The notes under the pieces were generated by a model, which saw only the letters and a program-made list of their open reading frames with translations, did no database searches and was not told the origin of the DNA. 64,000 nucleotides of DNA from Candidatus Saccharimonadota bacterium (GTDB lineage: Bacteria > Patescibacteriota > Saccharimonadia > CAILAD01 > BJGX01): positions 66,667-130,666 of the forward strand of contig JACPPH010000008.1 in the NCBI GenBank assembly GCA_016191105.1, in the 5' to 3' direction. Of the stretch, positions 30,249-39,181 are shown in pieces (position 1 is the stretch's first letter; each line of letters opens with the position of its first letter). Position numbers and translations under genes: made by a program.

Positions 30249-30983
30249 TTACTGGGCATTCGTGTTGTTGGTGACAGTAAGGTTAATGCCTGTTTTTTTG
30301 CCTGAGCTGCCATTTTGGTCGGTCGTAATGGTAAGTACTAGTTGCTTATCGCCCTGGGTGTAAGAGGTGATAGTGCCGCCACTTACGCTAATGTCGGTAT
30401 TCTCGCTAGTCCAACCATTGGCTGGCAATTGGCTTTTGTAAAAGTCAGACACTTTTTGAGCACTGTCATTGGTTGCCAGGGTTACATTGTAGCCATTATT
30501 GGTTTTAAGGGCGGCAACCGCGTCGCTTGGCTTATAGATTGGCACGTTGCTAGGGAAATCATCGGGAATTTTAACATTGCCGCCAACACTCAGCGATTCG
30601 CCGTTATTACCTTTAACCGAGACCGAGCCGTTGCCAACATCGACCCCGGCTTTCTTGGCGGCATTTTGAATGGCAAAGAATGCGCCCCATACTATCAGCA
30701 AGCCGCCAATCATAATCACAATTGAAATTACAATCGAGGCTACGGCCAGACCTTTGCCGCCCTCTCCACTCTTCTTGATCTGCGAGAGAGCTACAATACC
30801 AAGTATAAGGCCAACTAGCGGGAATAGAATTGCCAGAATAATTGCCGCAATGGCTACACCATTGGTCTTACGTGCTGATGCGGCCGCAGGAGTGGCTGGT
30901 GCAGCAGGTTGAGCTGGCGGTGGAGCCGAAGCTTGAGTTGGTTCTTTTACTGAGTTGTTGGCCGAGGCCTTTTTATTGTCCAT
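30249..30983 (-). CDS. DUF4190-like membrane protein with extracytoplasmic domain
   Basis: TNGVAIAAIILA...LGIVALSQIKKSGEGGKGLAVA; IPDDFPSNVPIY. Confidence 0.75.
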   Translation of the reverse strand: MDNKKASANNSVKEPTQASAPPPAQPAAPATPAAASARKTNGVAIAAIILAILFPLVGLILGIVALSQIKKSGEGGKGLAVASIVISIVIMIGGLLIVWGAFFAIQNAAKKAGVDVGNGSVSVKGNNGESLSVGGNVKIPDDFPSNVPIYKPSDAVAALKTNNGYNVTLATNDSAQKVSDFYKSQLPANGWTSENTDISVSGGTITSYTQGDKQLVLTITTDQNGSSGKKTGINLTVTNNTNAQ

Positions 30984-31142
30984 TTAATTAAGTCCTTTTT
31001 AGTTATGCTTAAGTTACATAGTAGAGCCAATCTGATTTTTTGACAAGCTTTTAAGCATAGCATTTTCGGTTGGTATTGCATTTTTACCACTATTGTGTTA
31101 GACTGTTCGAGTTACTATTAATAAGATCTACGGTTCGCAAAG

Positions 31143-31197
31143 CTTATTCTATCCTCGTGCAGGTTCAAGAAAAAGCAGTCCGAGGTAGAATAAGGAG
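31143..31197 (+). promoter_or_regulatory. 5'-UTR hairpin overlapping the RBS of the RRM gene
   Basis: CTTATTCTATCCTCG pairs with CGAGGTAGAATAAG, directly followed by GAG. Upstream promoter TTGCAT-17-TAGACT (31076-31104). Confidence 0.5.
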
Positions 31198-31208
31198 TTT
31201 TATAAAAC

Positions 31209-31457
31209 ATGAAAAAACTGTTTGTAGGCAGTTTAGCGTGGGCAACCACAGACGAATCATTAAAAGAGTTCTTCTCTAGCGTTGGTACTGTTGAATCGGC
31301 CAACGTGGTGACCGACAAGATGACCGGTCGCAGTCGCGGTTTCGGTTTTGTCGAAATGAGCAGCGAAGAAGAAGCCAAGAAAGCCGTCGATGAGCTTAAT
31401 GGCAAAGAACTTGATGGTCGCGAGATCAACGTTTCAGAAGCCCGTTCTAAAGAATAA
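31209..31457 (+). CDS. RRM RNA-binding protein
   Basis: RNP2 LFVGSL, RNP1 RGFGFVEM. Confidence 0.95.
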   Translation: MKKLFVGSLAWATTDESLKEFFSSVGTVESANVVTDKMTGRSRGFGFVEMSSEEEAKKAVDELNGKELDGREINVSEARSKE

Positions 31458-31476
31458 AGACTAAAAATAGACTTTC

Positions 31477-31506
31477 AAAACACCCGTTATACTGGCGGGT
31501 GTTTTT
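31477..31506 (+). terminator. Rho-independent terminator
   Basis: aaaacacccg...cgggtgttttt. Confidence 0.75.
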
Positions 31507-31527
31507 GGTTTATGTATAATTGTCATT

Positions 31528-32020
31528 ATGGGTTCTAATAAAAACAACGCTTTTGACAATATAGTGGTTTAGACAATTTCAGTCCTCGAGATCTAGGTAA
31601 GGTAAAAGCACTTCACAAAAAGCCTTTAAGAGTAACGTAGGCTTATGCCGAAGGCGGTCACTGGGACGAAGATCTTAACAATATAGAAAAAGAATATATT
31701 CAGAATGGAGGATATTTATAGCCGGCTTTGTGGGCAACAAGCTAGTTGCTACGGCAGCTTACAGCAGTATATCTAATGCAACAGCGGAACTAAAGCGTAT
31801 GCGGGTCGAGGCTTCATTACAAGGTGTGGGCATTGGTATGAGACTACCAAAGGGCTTGAAGCGATATATGACTCAGAGGCTACAAACAAGTTCAGCTAGA
31901 CACCACAGTAAATCAAATTGCAGCTCAAAAACTTTACGCGAAATCTGGCTATACGGAATTTAAACGACTAACCGAAGGAGCCCCACTGGGGGCATATTCT
32001 ATAAGAAGGATCTTGATTAG
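31528..32020 (+). pseudogene. Degraded GNAT acetyltransferase
   Basis: Fragments WDEDLNNIEKEY, AELKRMRVEASLQGVGIG and LDTTVNQIAAQKLYAKSGY lie in different frames, with internal stops. Confidence 0.75.
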
Positions 32021-32075
32021 CTTGCCTTAGATTACAAAACGGTCTTAAATATAAAGTAATAATTATTGAGGTTGT

Positions 32076-33212
32076 ATGTTCAAAAGATTGTCACGATATA
32101 TAGTAGGGTTTGTCATTCTCTTAAGCGGATTGGCAATGAGCACTGGTTTTGCGGCAGCTAGTAACAGTCCAAACTTGGCAGTTGACTCCGTGCACAACGG
32201 CTTCTATGCAAACAGTGGCCAGGAGCTCAATGTAAACGGCACCGTTAATGGCGACACTTGGCTGGCCGGCAATATCGTACGTGTGAAGGGTACGGTTAAT
32301 GGCAATTTATATGCAGTAGGTAGCGAAGTTGTAGTAGAAGGCAATATTACTGGCAATGCTCACTTGGCTGGCTCAAAAGTTACGGTCAAAGGCACTATTA
32401 ACGGTAGTCTGTATGCAGTTGGTAGCCAAGTAACAATTGACCGACTGGCCAAAGTAAATGGCGGTGTGGTGTTGGCCGGTTCATTGGTTGAGGATAGTGG
32501 TAGCGTGGGCGGCCAAGCTTACGTTTATGGTGCCGAAGTTAACATAAATGGACCAATCGGTGGTAATACCACGATTCGCAGTGGCCAGATTACATTGGGC
32601 GATCAAGCGGCTATTAATGGCGGCCTGCGCTACGATCAAAATGCCAAAATCAGCATTGCTAACGATAAGCGTATTACAGGCTCGGTTACCAAACTGGCGC
32701 CAGCAGCCTCTAAAACCAATCCGTTGCTAGATCGACTACAAGGTCTAATATTTGGCTTATTAGCGAGTCTGCTGCTCGGCCTGGCTATTATTAGCATATT
32801 ACCCGGTAGTACTGTAGCTGTGGCCAACGTTATATGGGATCGGCCGGCTCCGAGTTTTCTGGCAGGTCTGGGCTTTATAATCTTTGTGCCAATTATGTTT
32901 GTGTTACTGTTGGTTATAGCTATTGGCTTACCGCTTGCGGTCGTGCTGGCCATGGGCTATGTAGCAGTTTTAATTGTAAGCCAGGTGTTTGTGGCTGTGG
33001 CGATTGGGCGCAAAGTTCTAAAAAATCCACAATTTAACTTTGGCCAGAATATTAACACTTTGCTAATAGGACTTGGCATATTGAGCATAATTAGTTTAAT
33101 TCCAGTGCTTGGCGCCATAGTCGGGTTTATAGTGGTCTGTTTTGGTAGCGGCGCACTCACCCTACGAGCCTACGAGCGCGTGCTGGCTACCAGAGCCAAG
33201 CAACTCAAGTAG
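32076..33212 (+). CDS. Secreted beta-helix (bactofilin-like repeats) with C-terminal TM domain
   Basis: Signal peptide, repeated V-x-G-x-V-x-G-D/N-L-x-A-x-G units, multi-TM C-terminus. Confidence 0.75.
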   Translation: MFKRLSRYIVGFVILLSGLAMSTGFAAASNSPNLAVDSVHNGFYANSGQELNVNGTVNGDTWLAGNIVRVKGTVNGNLYAVGSEVVVEGNITGNAHLAGSKVTVKGTINGSLYAVGSQVTIDRLAKVNGGVVLAGSLVEDSGSVGGQAYVYGAEVNINGPIGGNTTIRSGQITLGDQAAINGGLRYDQNAKISIANDKRITGSVTKLAPAASKTNPLLDRLQGLIFGLLASLLLGLAIISILPGSTVAVANVIWDRPAPSFLAGLGFIIFVPIMFVLLLVIAIGLPLAVVLAMGYVAVLIVSQVFVAVAIGRKVLKNPQFNFGQNINTLLIGLGILSIISLIPVLGAIVGFIVVCFGSGALTLRAYERVLATRAKQLK

Positions 33213-33223
33213 TCGTAGTTCTA

Positions 33224-33641
33224 CCGACATTAAAGCAAACAGGAAGCCAGCTAGGCTCGAGTGTTCCATGTTCGAGGACTGTTTGAGTCCCGACGGTACC
33301 GTCGGGATGAGTTCCGCAGAACTGGAAGCGAGAGAATAGATGGTATTCATGTTTTGTGTCCATGTCGGTGAGTTTGCTTCTTTGCTCAACCAAAGAAGTC
33401 CCGCGCGGACAGCGCAAGGTTTGAAGGGCCTTAACCTTCGGGCAACTATCTTTTGTCTTGGCAAAAAGATAGCAAAACCGTTTGGCCTGTGCTTATGATC
33501 AAGCAGCGCTTAGCCAGTCGTAATTTCCTGTCGCTGTGCGGTTCGCTAGCCAGCGAATTCTCGCAAACAGGAGTGTTGCTTAGTGGCTTAGCTTGCTGAT
33601 CGCAGCAACGGCCGGGAATAATAGCGCTGTTTTAATGCCGG
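33224..33641. repeat. Composite palindromic (MITE/REP-like) element between convergent genes
   Basis: Terminal IR CCGACATTAAA / TTTAATGCCGG (10 of 11 match), with two long rod hairpins and three short hairpins inside. Confidence 0.55.
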
Positions 33642-33647
33642 AGAAAG

Positions 33648-34208
33648 CTATTTGGAGCCGCTTTTGCTCTGGATTTCTTTTATGGTCTGAACTACACGGC
33701 CACTATCTTGTAGGTTTTCCCAAAACATAATGCTGCGGCGATCTATATACATAACGTCTTCTGGCCCATGCAGCTCACCACCGAGCTTAGCCAGGCTAAT
33801 TTGTTGGGATTGGTTGTTGCTTTGATTGCTAGGCTGGTTTTGGTTTTGAAACTGTAAATAATAGACGTTGGTGAGCTTTACATAGCTGCCATCAACATTG
33901 CTCATTTTGCCAAAGTAGACCATGCTGTTGTTCAAAAACACGGCCTGGTATTTATCTTTCTTTACGGCCAGCTCATTATAGTTGCCAGTAGCAATTCGAA
34001 ATATTAGCAAACCAATGCCGACCACCAGCACTAAAAGTACCGTAATTAGTATCCAAAAGCCAAAGCGCCTATTTCTGTTAACAGGTGGCCTTGGGTTGTG
34101 CACCTGGTGAGTTTGGGGCTGTGAGTGGGTAGCAGGTCGAGCCCGGTTTGGCTGCATAGAAGAGGGTAAGCCAGAGGGTCTCTGGGGTGTCTGATTGTTA
34201 TGATCCAT
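33648..34208 (-). CDS. Hypothetical single-TM protein
   Basis: YQAVFLNNSMVYFGK...VYYLQ...LGGELHGPED...FWENL; resembles a family I recall from CPR genomes (not verified). Confidence 0.75.
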   Translation of the reverse strand: MDHNNQTPQRPSGLPSSMQPNRARPATHSQPQTHQVHNPRPPVNRNRRFGFWILITVLLVLVVGIGLLIFRIATGNYNELAVKKDKYQAVFLNNSMVYFGKMSNVDGSYVKLTNVYYLQFQNQNQPSNQSNNQSQQISLAKLGGELHGPEDVMYIDRRSIMFWENLQDSGRVVQTIKEIQSKSGSK

Positions 34209-34366
34209 ACCTGTAAATCCTTTTACTAACCTAATTATTGTAAACTGCTTATGCACTTTTGCGCAATCCGCCCCTCTATAAAAAGTAAGCCCCATCTATT
34301 GACATCACCTTACAGGTTGCGTAATCTAGGAACATAAGAATAAATTAAGTGAGGAGGAAAAGTTTT

Positions 34367-34570
34367 ATGGCTTTTTCACATGTGAATTCAAAGGGTCAAA
34401 CATATTATCTACACCAGCGGGATGTGACCTTGAAGGGTGGTCGTCAGCAACGCATTTATTTCTTCGCTCGCGAAGAAAAGGATGGTGTGATCGATGAGTT
34501 GCCAGCTGGTTACCAAGTGGTAGAGAATACTCGCACCGGTCTACCAATTCTCAAAAAAGCAGACAAATAA
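34367..34570 (+). CDS. Small hypothetical protein
   Basis: MAFSHVNSKGQTYYLH...IYFF...LPAGYQVVENTRTGLPILKK; GAGGAGG RBS; promoter TTGACA-17-TAATCT. Confidence 0.85.
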   Translation: MAFSHVNSKGQTYYLHQRDVTLKGGRQQRIYFFAREEKDGVIDELPAGYQVVENTRTGLPILKKADK

Positions 34571-34689
34571 AAATCCAATAATCATAAACACCCGCCCGGG
34601 GAACGCCGACGGGTGTTTTTGTTTACTCTTATATGTGTGGTATATAATATAGTTACCATATTATTAAACACAAAAAGGAGGAGTGTTTC

Positions 34690-34878
34690 ATGCAACCAGA
34701 TGAAAGCACAATGCCACAACAAGACGGTGCACAGCCAGGCAGCGGAGACCAAACTGCTCCAGCAGCAGCACCAGCCCCCGCTACCCCGCCAGCTGCACCA
34801 GCCGGTGATGATAATATGGGGGATGTAAAACCAGCCGACCCAGCTGCGCCTGCAGATCCTGCAGCTCCAGCTGCTTAA
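34690..34878 (+). CDS. Small acidic Pro/Ala-rich disordered protein
   Basis: AGGAGGAG RBS, upstream TATAAT, downstream terminator. Confidence 0.65.
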   Translation: MQPDESTMPQQDGAQPGSGDQTAPAAAPAPATPPAAPAGDDNMGDVKPADPAAPADPAAPAA

Positions 34879-34890
34879 AGCTAGTTTTCT

Positions 34891-34923
34891 CTATAAAAGC
34901 CCTTTGTGATAGGGCTTTTATAG
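34891..34923 (+). terminator. Stem-loop terminator
   Basis: ctataaaagccc-tttgtgata-gggcttttatag. Confidence 0.7.
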
Positions 34924-34972
34924 TAGGGGGCTTATAATAGAATAACTAGACTTGAAAACGTGCTAGTGTAGC

Positions 34973-35081
34973 TAAACGATTCAAATTGTCGAAGAAATTT
35001 GAATCGAGAGGAGAAACTGTGCGAGAATTACAATAGCACTTTTATAAAGTGCTATATCAATCAAAGCACAGCTTTGGACGC
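34973..35081 (+). other. Structured leader upstream of tRNA-Ile2 (copy A)
   Basis: Two hairpins; homologous to the reverse complement of 42999-43111. Confidence 0.65.
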
Positions 35082-35157
35082 GGGCCCGTAGCTCAGCGGT
35101 CAGAGCAGGCGGCTCATAACCGCTTGGTCGCAGGTTCGAATCCTGCCGGGCCCACCA
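35082..35157 (+). tRNA. tRNA-Ile2 (CAT, lysidine type)
   Basis: Cloverleaf GGGCCCG...CTCATAA...TTCGAAT...CGGGCCCACCA. C4-G69/C5-G68 match the TilS determinants; Ile2 rather than Met is inferred. Confidence 0.85.
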
Positions 35158-35160
35158 TTT

Positions 35161-35946
35161 ATGAATTTGAATTTAGACAAGTTATTGCAAGATGCCTCAG
35201 AAATAGTGGTTGAGGCTGGTAAAAAGCTGATGCCCTATTTTGGGAACATCGAGCATCAAGCTAAAACTCATCCACACGACGTGGTAACCGAACTTGATAA
35301 ATCCACTGAAAAAGAAATTGCGAGCCGACTAGAAAAGTTAGACCCAACAATTGGCTTTCGTGGTGAAGAGTTTGGCTTTAGTAAAAAAGCCGACACTTAC
35401 TGGCTGCTCGATCCAATCGATGGAACCATGCATTTTGTGCGTGGTATGCCATTTTGCACCACAATGCTAGCCTTAATCCACGAGAATAGACCGGTGTTGG
35501 CTATCATAAATAATTTTGTTACCAATGAGCTATTAACTGCTGTTGAAGGAGGTGGGACTTTTTGTAACGGTAAAAGGGTAAATGTAAGTGATCGTCCTAA
35601 CGGTCAGTTCATTCTAAGTCTAGAAACCAAACTAAAAAAACCCGCCAATACTAAACTGCGTGATGAGCTACGCAAACGGGCCTACTTAATCCAGGTTATT
35701 TGTTCGGGGTATGAGTTTTGCCTTGTTGCGCAGGGCAAGATTGAGGGCAGAGTTTGCAAAGATCCACTTGGCTATGACTATGACTTTGCTCCAGGGTGTT
35801 TGCTTGTGAAAGAGGCCGGTGGGGTAGTGACCAATATAGGCAGCACTAAATACGACTTCAGCAATCGTGACCTAATTGCAGCATCTCCCAAACTATACAA
35901 GGAGCTTGTTGAGACCAAGAACGCATTGTTCCCAGTTGGCGAATAA
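35161..35946 (+). CDS. Inositol monophosphatase family protein
   Basis: GEE, WLLDPIDGT, YDFAPG..LVKEAGG. Confidence 0.9.
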   Translation: MNLNLDKLLQDASEIVVEAGKKLMPYFGNIEHQAKTHPHDVVTELDKSTEKEIASRLEKLDPTIGFRGEEFGFSKKADTYWLLDPIDGTMHFVRGMPFCTTMLALIHENRPVLAIINNFVTNELLTAVEGGGTFCNGKRVNVSDRPNGQFILSLETKLKKPANTKLRDELRKRAYLIQVICSGYEFCLVAQGKIEGRVCKDPLGYDYDFAPGCLLVKEAGGVVTNIGSTKYDFSNRDLIAASPKLYKELVETKNALFPVGE

Positions 35947-35962
35947 CTGTTATGATTAAGTA

Positions 35963-36796
35963 ATGAATTGGCAGCAGATTTGTATATTGATTGGGGCGGC
36001 GGGACTGATTGTTGGTGCTGGCTGGAAGTGGCTTGCACCTTGGCTGCAAAAGGCTAAGCTGGCTCGAGTTAAGTTATCGACTCAGACTCAACCGCCCAAA
36101 GACCTAACCCCGGCTGAGATTGAGTACTTGCTGCAAAATGGGCTAAGCGGTAAGGGGTTGGCGGCCACCCTATTGAGCCTGCACAACCGAGGCATTTTAA
36201 GGGTTATGAGGAATAATAATGACTATGTGCTTTGCTTGCAGAATCTGCACAAGCCAACCAACACGCTCGAAAAAAAGCTACTAATGTTTATATTTACTGG
36301 CAAACTGCACCAACGGGCATTGGCCAGCATTCACTCCGAAACTACCCCAGCATTTATGGCTAAGCTGATTGAAATATTGCGAGGCCAGCTAAATAAGGAA
36401 CACATGTACAAACAGATCCCGCCGCTGCGCAAGCGCGGCTCAATGTTGCTTGGTTTCTTGGCGATCTTTGCTGGAGTGTTAATCATTGCTGGTATAAACA
36501 AAATTTTCCCAGGAAGCTTTCCGGCTGTCTTTGCCCTCGGCGGCATAGTGGGCGGCTGGCTATTAAGCCGGCATGGGCAGTTGAGCCAAGAGGGTCTGCA
36601 TGAACTCGCTCTAATACAGGCATTTAAGCGCTATTTAACCGAAAAGTCTAAGCTAAACGACCAAAAACTTTATTATTCGTATTTACCATATGCGATCGTG
36701 TTGAATGTTGAGCGATCCTGGTCGGCCCGATTCGATGGCATAGCCAGCCAAGCAGAATTTATAAAGGCGGTTGAGCACAAATTCAAGGTAGCTTAG
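35963..36796 (+). CDS. DUF2207-like membrane protein
   Basis: PPKDLTPAE, ATLLSL, FKRYL, YLPYAIVL. Confidence 0.75.
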   Translation: MNWQQICILIGAAGLIVGAGWKWLAPWLQKAKLARVKLSTQTQPPKDLTPAEIEYLLQNGLSGKGLAATLLSLHNRGILRVMRNNNDYVLCLQNLHKPTNTLEKKLLMFIFTGKLHQRALASIHSETTPAFMAKLIEILRGQLNKEHMYKQIPPLRKRGSMLLGFLAIFAGVLIIAGINKIFPGSFPAVFALGGIVGGWLLSRHGQLSQEGLHELALIQAFKRYLTEKSKLNDQKLYYSYLPYAIVLNVERSWSARFDGIASQAEFIKAVEHKFKVA

Positions 36797-37060
36797 CTAT
36801 TTGCCTTCAAAATGGCGCCGCTTGTTGATCTCTTCTTGCAGCTCAAACGTGCGCTGCATGGCCGGGCTGGGGTTAGAGCGTGAAGACTGGTTGCTAATAA
36901 CTTGTGGCTCGGCTGGCGGGGGACTTAGAGGGTCGAGTTTTCGGGGCGGCAAGGGTTCAACCACAACCTCATCGATTACGGGCGGCTGAGCTGGCACATT
37001 GCCGTAGTGATCGATGAATTTTCTTATTTTAGAACTAGTAGGTTGATCATTGAAGCTCAT
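36797..37060 (-). CDS. Hypothetical Pro-rich protein
   Basis: 87-aa ORF with upstream TATAAT; fills the gap exactly. Confidence 0.55.
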   Translation of the reverse strand: MSFNDQPTSSKIRKFIDHYGNVPAQPPVIDEVVVEPLPPRKLDPLSPPPAEPQVISNQSSRSNPSPAMQRTFELQEEINKRRHFEGK

Positions 37061-37135
37061 AGTTAGCCTTATTATACCTGGAATAAAGTAATTTTCCAGA
37101 TTGTACTAGATAAGACTTGTGATACAATAAGGCTC

Positions 37136-37888
37136 ATGGCTCTAATTGAAGTCAAAAAACTCAAAAAAAAATACGACAAACTCTTGGCTGTAAAAGGCAT
37201 TGATTTTGAAGTTCAAGAGGGCGAGGTATTTGGAATTTTGGGCCCCAACGGTGCGGGCAAAACCACCACTCTCGAAATGATGGAGGGTCTCAGACCCATA
37301 ACCGCAGGCTCAATTATAATCGATGGTATAGACGTAAATGCCGATCCAGATTCGGTTAAAGAAATAATTGGCGTGCAACTGCAAGCCTCGGCCTTTTTTG
37401 ATAACTTAAACCTTACCGAACTGCTGCAGGTATTCCGCGATCTATATGCTACCCGCCGTGATCCTCACGAGCTTTTAAAGGAGGTTGGCTTAACCGCCAA
37501 GGCCAAGACTCAAGTTAAGGCACTCTCTGGCGGTCAAAAGCAACGCTTTAGCATAGCGGCGGCTTTGGTAAACGATCCCACGGTGCTGTTTTTGGATGAG
37601 CCTACGACTGGCCTCGACCCTCAAGCTAGGCGAAATGTGTGGGAGTTGGTGCAAGACATACAAAGCAAAGACAAGACAATAATCTTAACCACTCACTACA
37701 TGGATGAGGCCGAGTTGTTGTGCAACCGCATAGCAATCATGGATGCTGGTAAAATTATTGCCCTAGATACGCCTGCGAATTTGATAAACCAGCTGTTAAA
37801 ACGCGGATTTAAAAAGCAGCAGCCGGTGCAAAAAGCCAACTTAGAGGATGTGTTTATTGATTTAACCGGAAAGCATATGCGCGAATGA
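37136..37888 (+). CDS. ABC transporter ATP-binding subunit
   Basis: GPNGAGKTT, LSGGQ, FLDEPT, TTHYM. Confidence 0.95.
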   Translation: MALIEVKKLKKKYDKLLAVKGIDFEVQEGEVFGILGPNGAGKTTTLEMMEGLRPITAGSIIIDGIDVNADPDSVKEIIGVQLQASAFFDNLNLTELLQVFRDLYATRRDPHELLKEVGLTAKAKTQVKALSGGQKQRFSIAAALVNDPTVLFLDEPTTGLDPQARRNVWELVQDIQSKDKTIILTTHYMDEAELLCNRIAIMDAGKIIALDTPANLINQLLKRGFKKQQPVQKANLEDVFIDLTGKHMRE

Positions 37889-37892
37889 GTCG

Positions 37893-38009
37893 ACATAGTA
37901 TCTTGGCACATTTTGGCGTTAAAGCCTCCAGTCCGCGCTTACTGTACGCTTCGTACAGCTTGCTTGCGGTCTTCGGCCTTGCCTTAAACTGTACACAAGC
38001 TAGCTGTGT
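37893..38009. repeat. Long imperfect palindrome inside the ABC operon
   Basis: Rod hairpin topped by ctgtacg-ctt-cgtacag, with acatag/ctgtgt at the base. Confidence 0.5.
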
Positions 38010-38047
38010 TTTGCGTGCGAATACCAAACACTACTCAGGAGCTTGCT

Positions 38048-39172
38048 ATGAGTAAGCAAGTTAAACACAAGAAAACCTGGCTAGCCTACAAAACCCTGAC
38101 AGTTGCCAGTGTTAAGATGTATTTCCGCAACCGTACGGCAGTGTTCTTTACGCTATTTATACCGGTTATGTTCATACTCATATTTGGTGCTTTTAACTCT
38201 ACCAAGCAAAGTAGCTTTAAGCTCGATATAGTTAATCAAAGCAACACTCAGTTGTCGCAAAGTTTTGTGAACACGCTTACTGGTAACAAAGACGTATTTA
38301 AGACCACCGAAGACGATTTAAGTTCTGCTAAAGATCGCTTAGACAAGGGTAAGACCGATCTTGTAATCGTAGTGCCGGCAGAATTTGGCCAGGTTGATCC
38401 TAGCACTTTTGGCCCAAAAACTGCTCAAATTAAAACCTACTACAACAAGGGTCAACCCCAAACCGGGCAGGCTGCCAATTTGGTGGTTGGTCAGATTGTT
38501 GGTGGACTTAACAGCCAAATTACCAAAACGCCAGTGGTTTTTAGTGTCCAGTCAGAGGGGGTTAGTACTTATAATCTAGGCTACATTGACTATCTGGTGC
38601 CCGGCATAGTGGCGCTGTCTATAATGCAGCTTGGCATATTTAGCATAGCCTTTGCTTTTGTGAGTTTTAAGAGCTCCGGGGCATTGCGCCGCCTGTTTGT
38701 AACCCCGACCCATCCGGTAACATTTATATTTGGTCAGTCGGTTGCTCGCTTACTGATTGGCGTATTGCAGGTTAGCTTGTTAATAGGGCTTAGTGTGCTG
38801 GTTTTTAAGGTTCACATTGTAGGCAGCATGTTCAACATATTTGTCCTAGCTTTTCTTGGTGTATTGGTTTTCTTGGCCTTTGGCTTTACGGTGGCTGGCT
38901 GGGCCAAAGATGAAAACCAAGCTGCACCCATTGCCAACCTTATTAGTTTCCCAATGCTCTTTTTGAGCGGCACATTTATTCCACGCGATACTCTGCCGAA
39001 TTGGCTTCAAACCATAACTGGCTTTTTTCCGCTAACCTATCTGGCCGATGCCATGCGCGCGGTCTCAACTCAGGGCTCCACCCTGTGGCAAGTACGGGGC
39101 GACATATTGGGTCTGGTTATATGGGGCGTGATTATGTTTATTGTAGCTATCAAAGTATTTAAGTGGGAATAG
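38048..39172 (+). CDS. ABC-2 permease
   Basis: YIDYLVPG, FPMLFLSG, PLTYLADAMR. Confidence 0.9.
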   Translation: MSKQVKHKKTWLAYKTLTVASVKMYFRNRTAVFFTLFIPVMFILIFGAFNSTKQSSFKLDIVNQSNTQLSQSFVNTLTGNKDVFKTTEDDLSSAKDRLDKGKTDLVIVVPAEFGQVDPSTFGPKTAQIKTYYNKGQPQTGQAANLVVGQIVGGLNSQITKTPVVFSVQSEGVSTYNLGYIDYLVPGIVALSIMQLGIFSIAFAFVSFKSSGALRRLFVTPTHPVTFIFGQSVARLLIGVLQVSLLIGLSVLVFKVHIVGSMFNIFVLAFLGVLVFLAFGFTVAGWAKDENQAAPIANLISFPMLFLSGTFIPRDTLPNWLQTITGFFPLTYLADAMRAVSTQGSTLWQVRGDILGLVIWGVIMFIVAIKVFKWE

Positions 39173-39181
39173 GCTAGTAGC

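Noticed and set aside
31730-31963. Stand-alone 77-aa protein from the ORF track
   Set aside because: It is the middle fragment of the frameshifted GNAT pseudogene.
33142-33464. Short ORFs within the structured intergenic region
   Set aside because: They overlap each other and the palindromes, and lack an RBS and protein-like composition.
33480-33615. SRP RNA or 6S RNA
   Set aside because: No SRP helix-8 GNRA/AGCAG motif and no recognisable 6S bubble; better treated as part of a repeat until an Rfam search is run.
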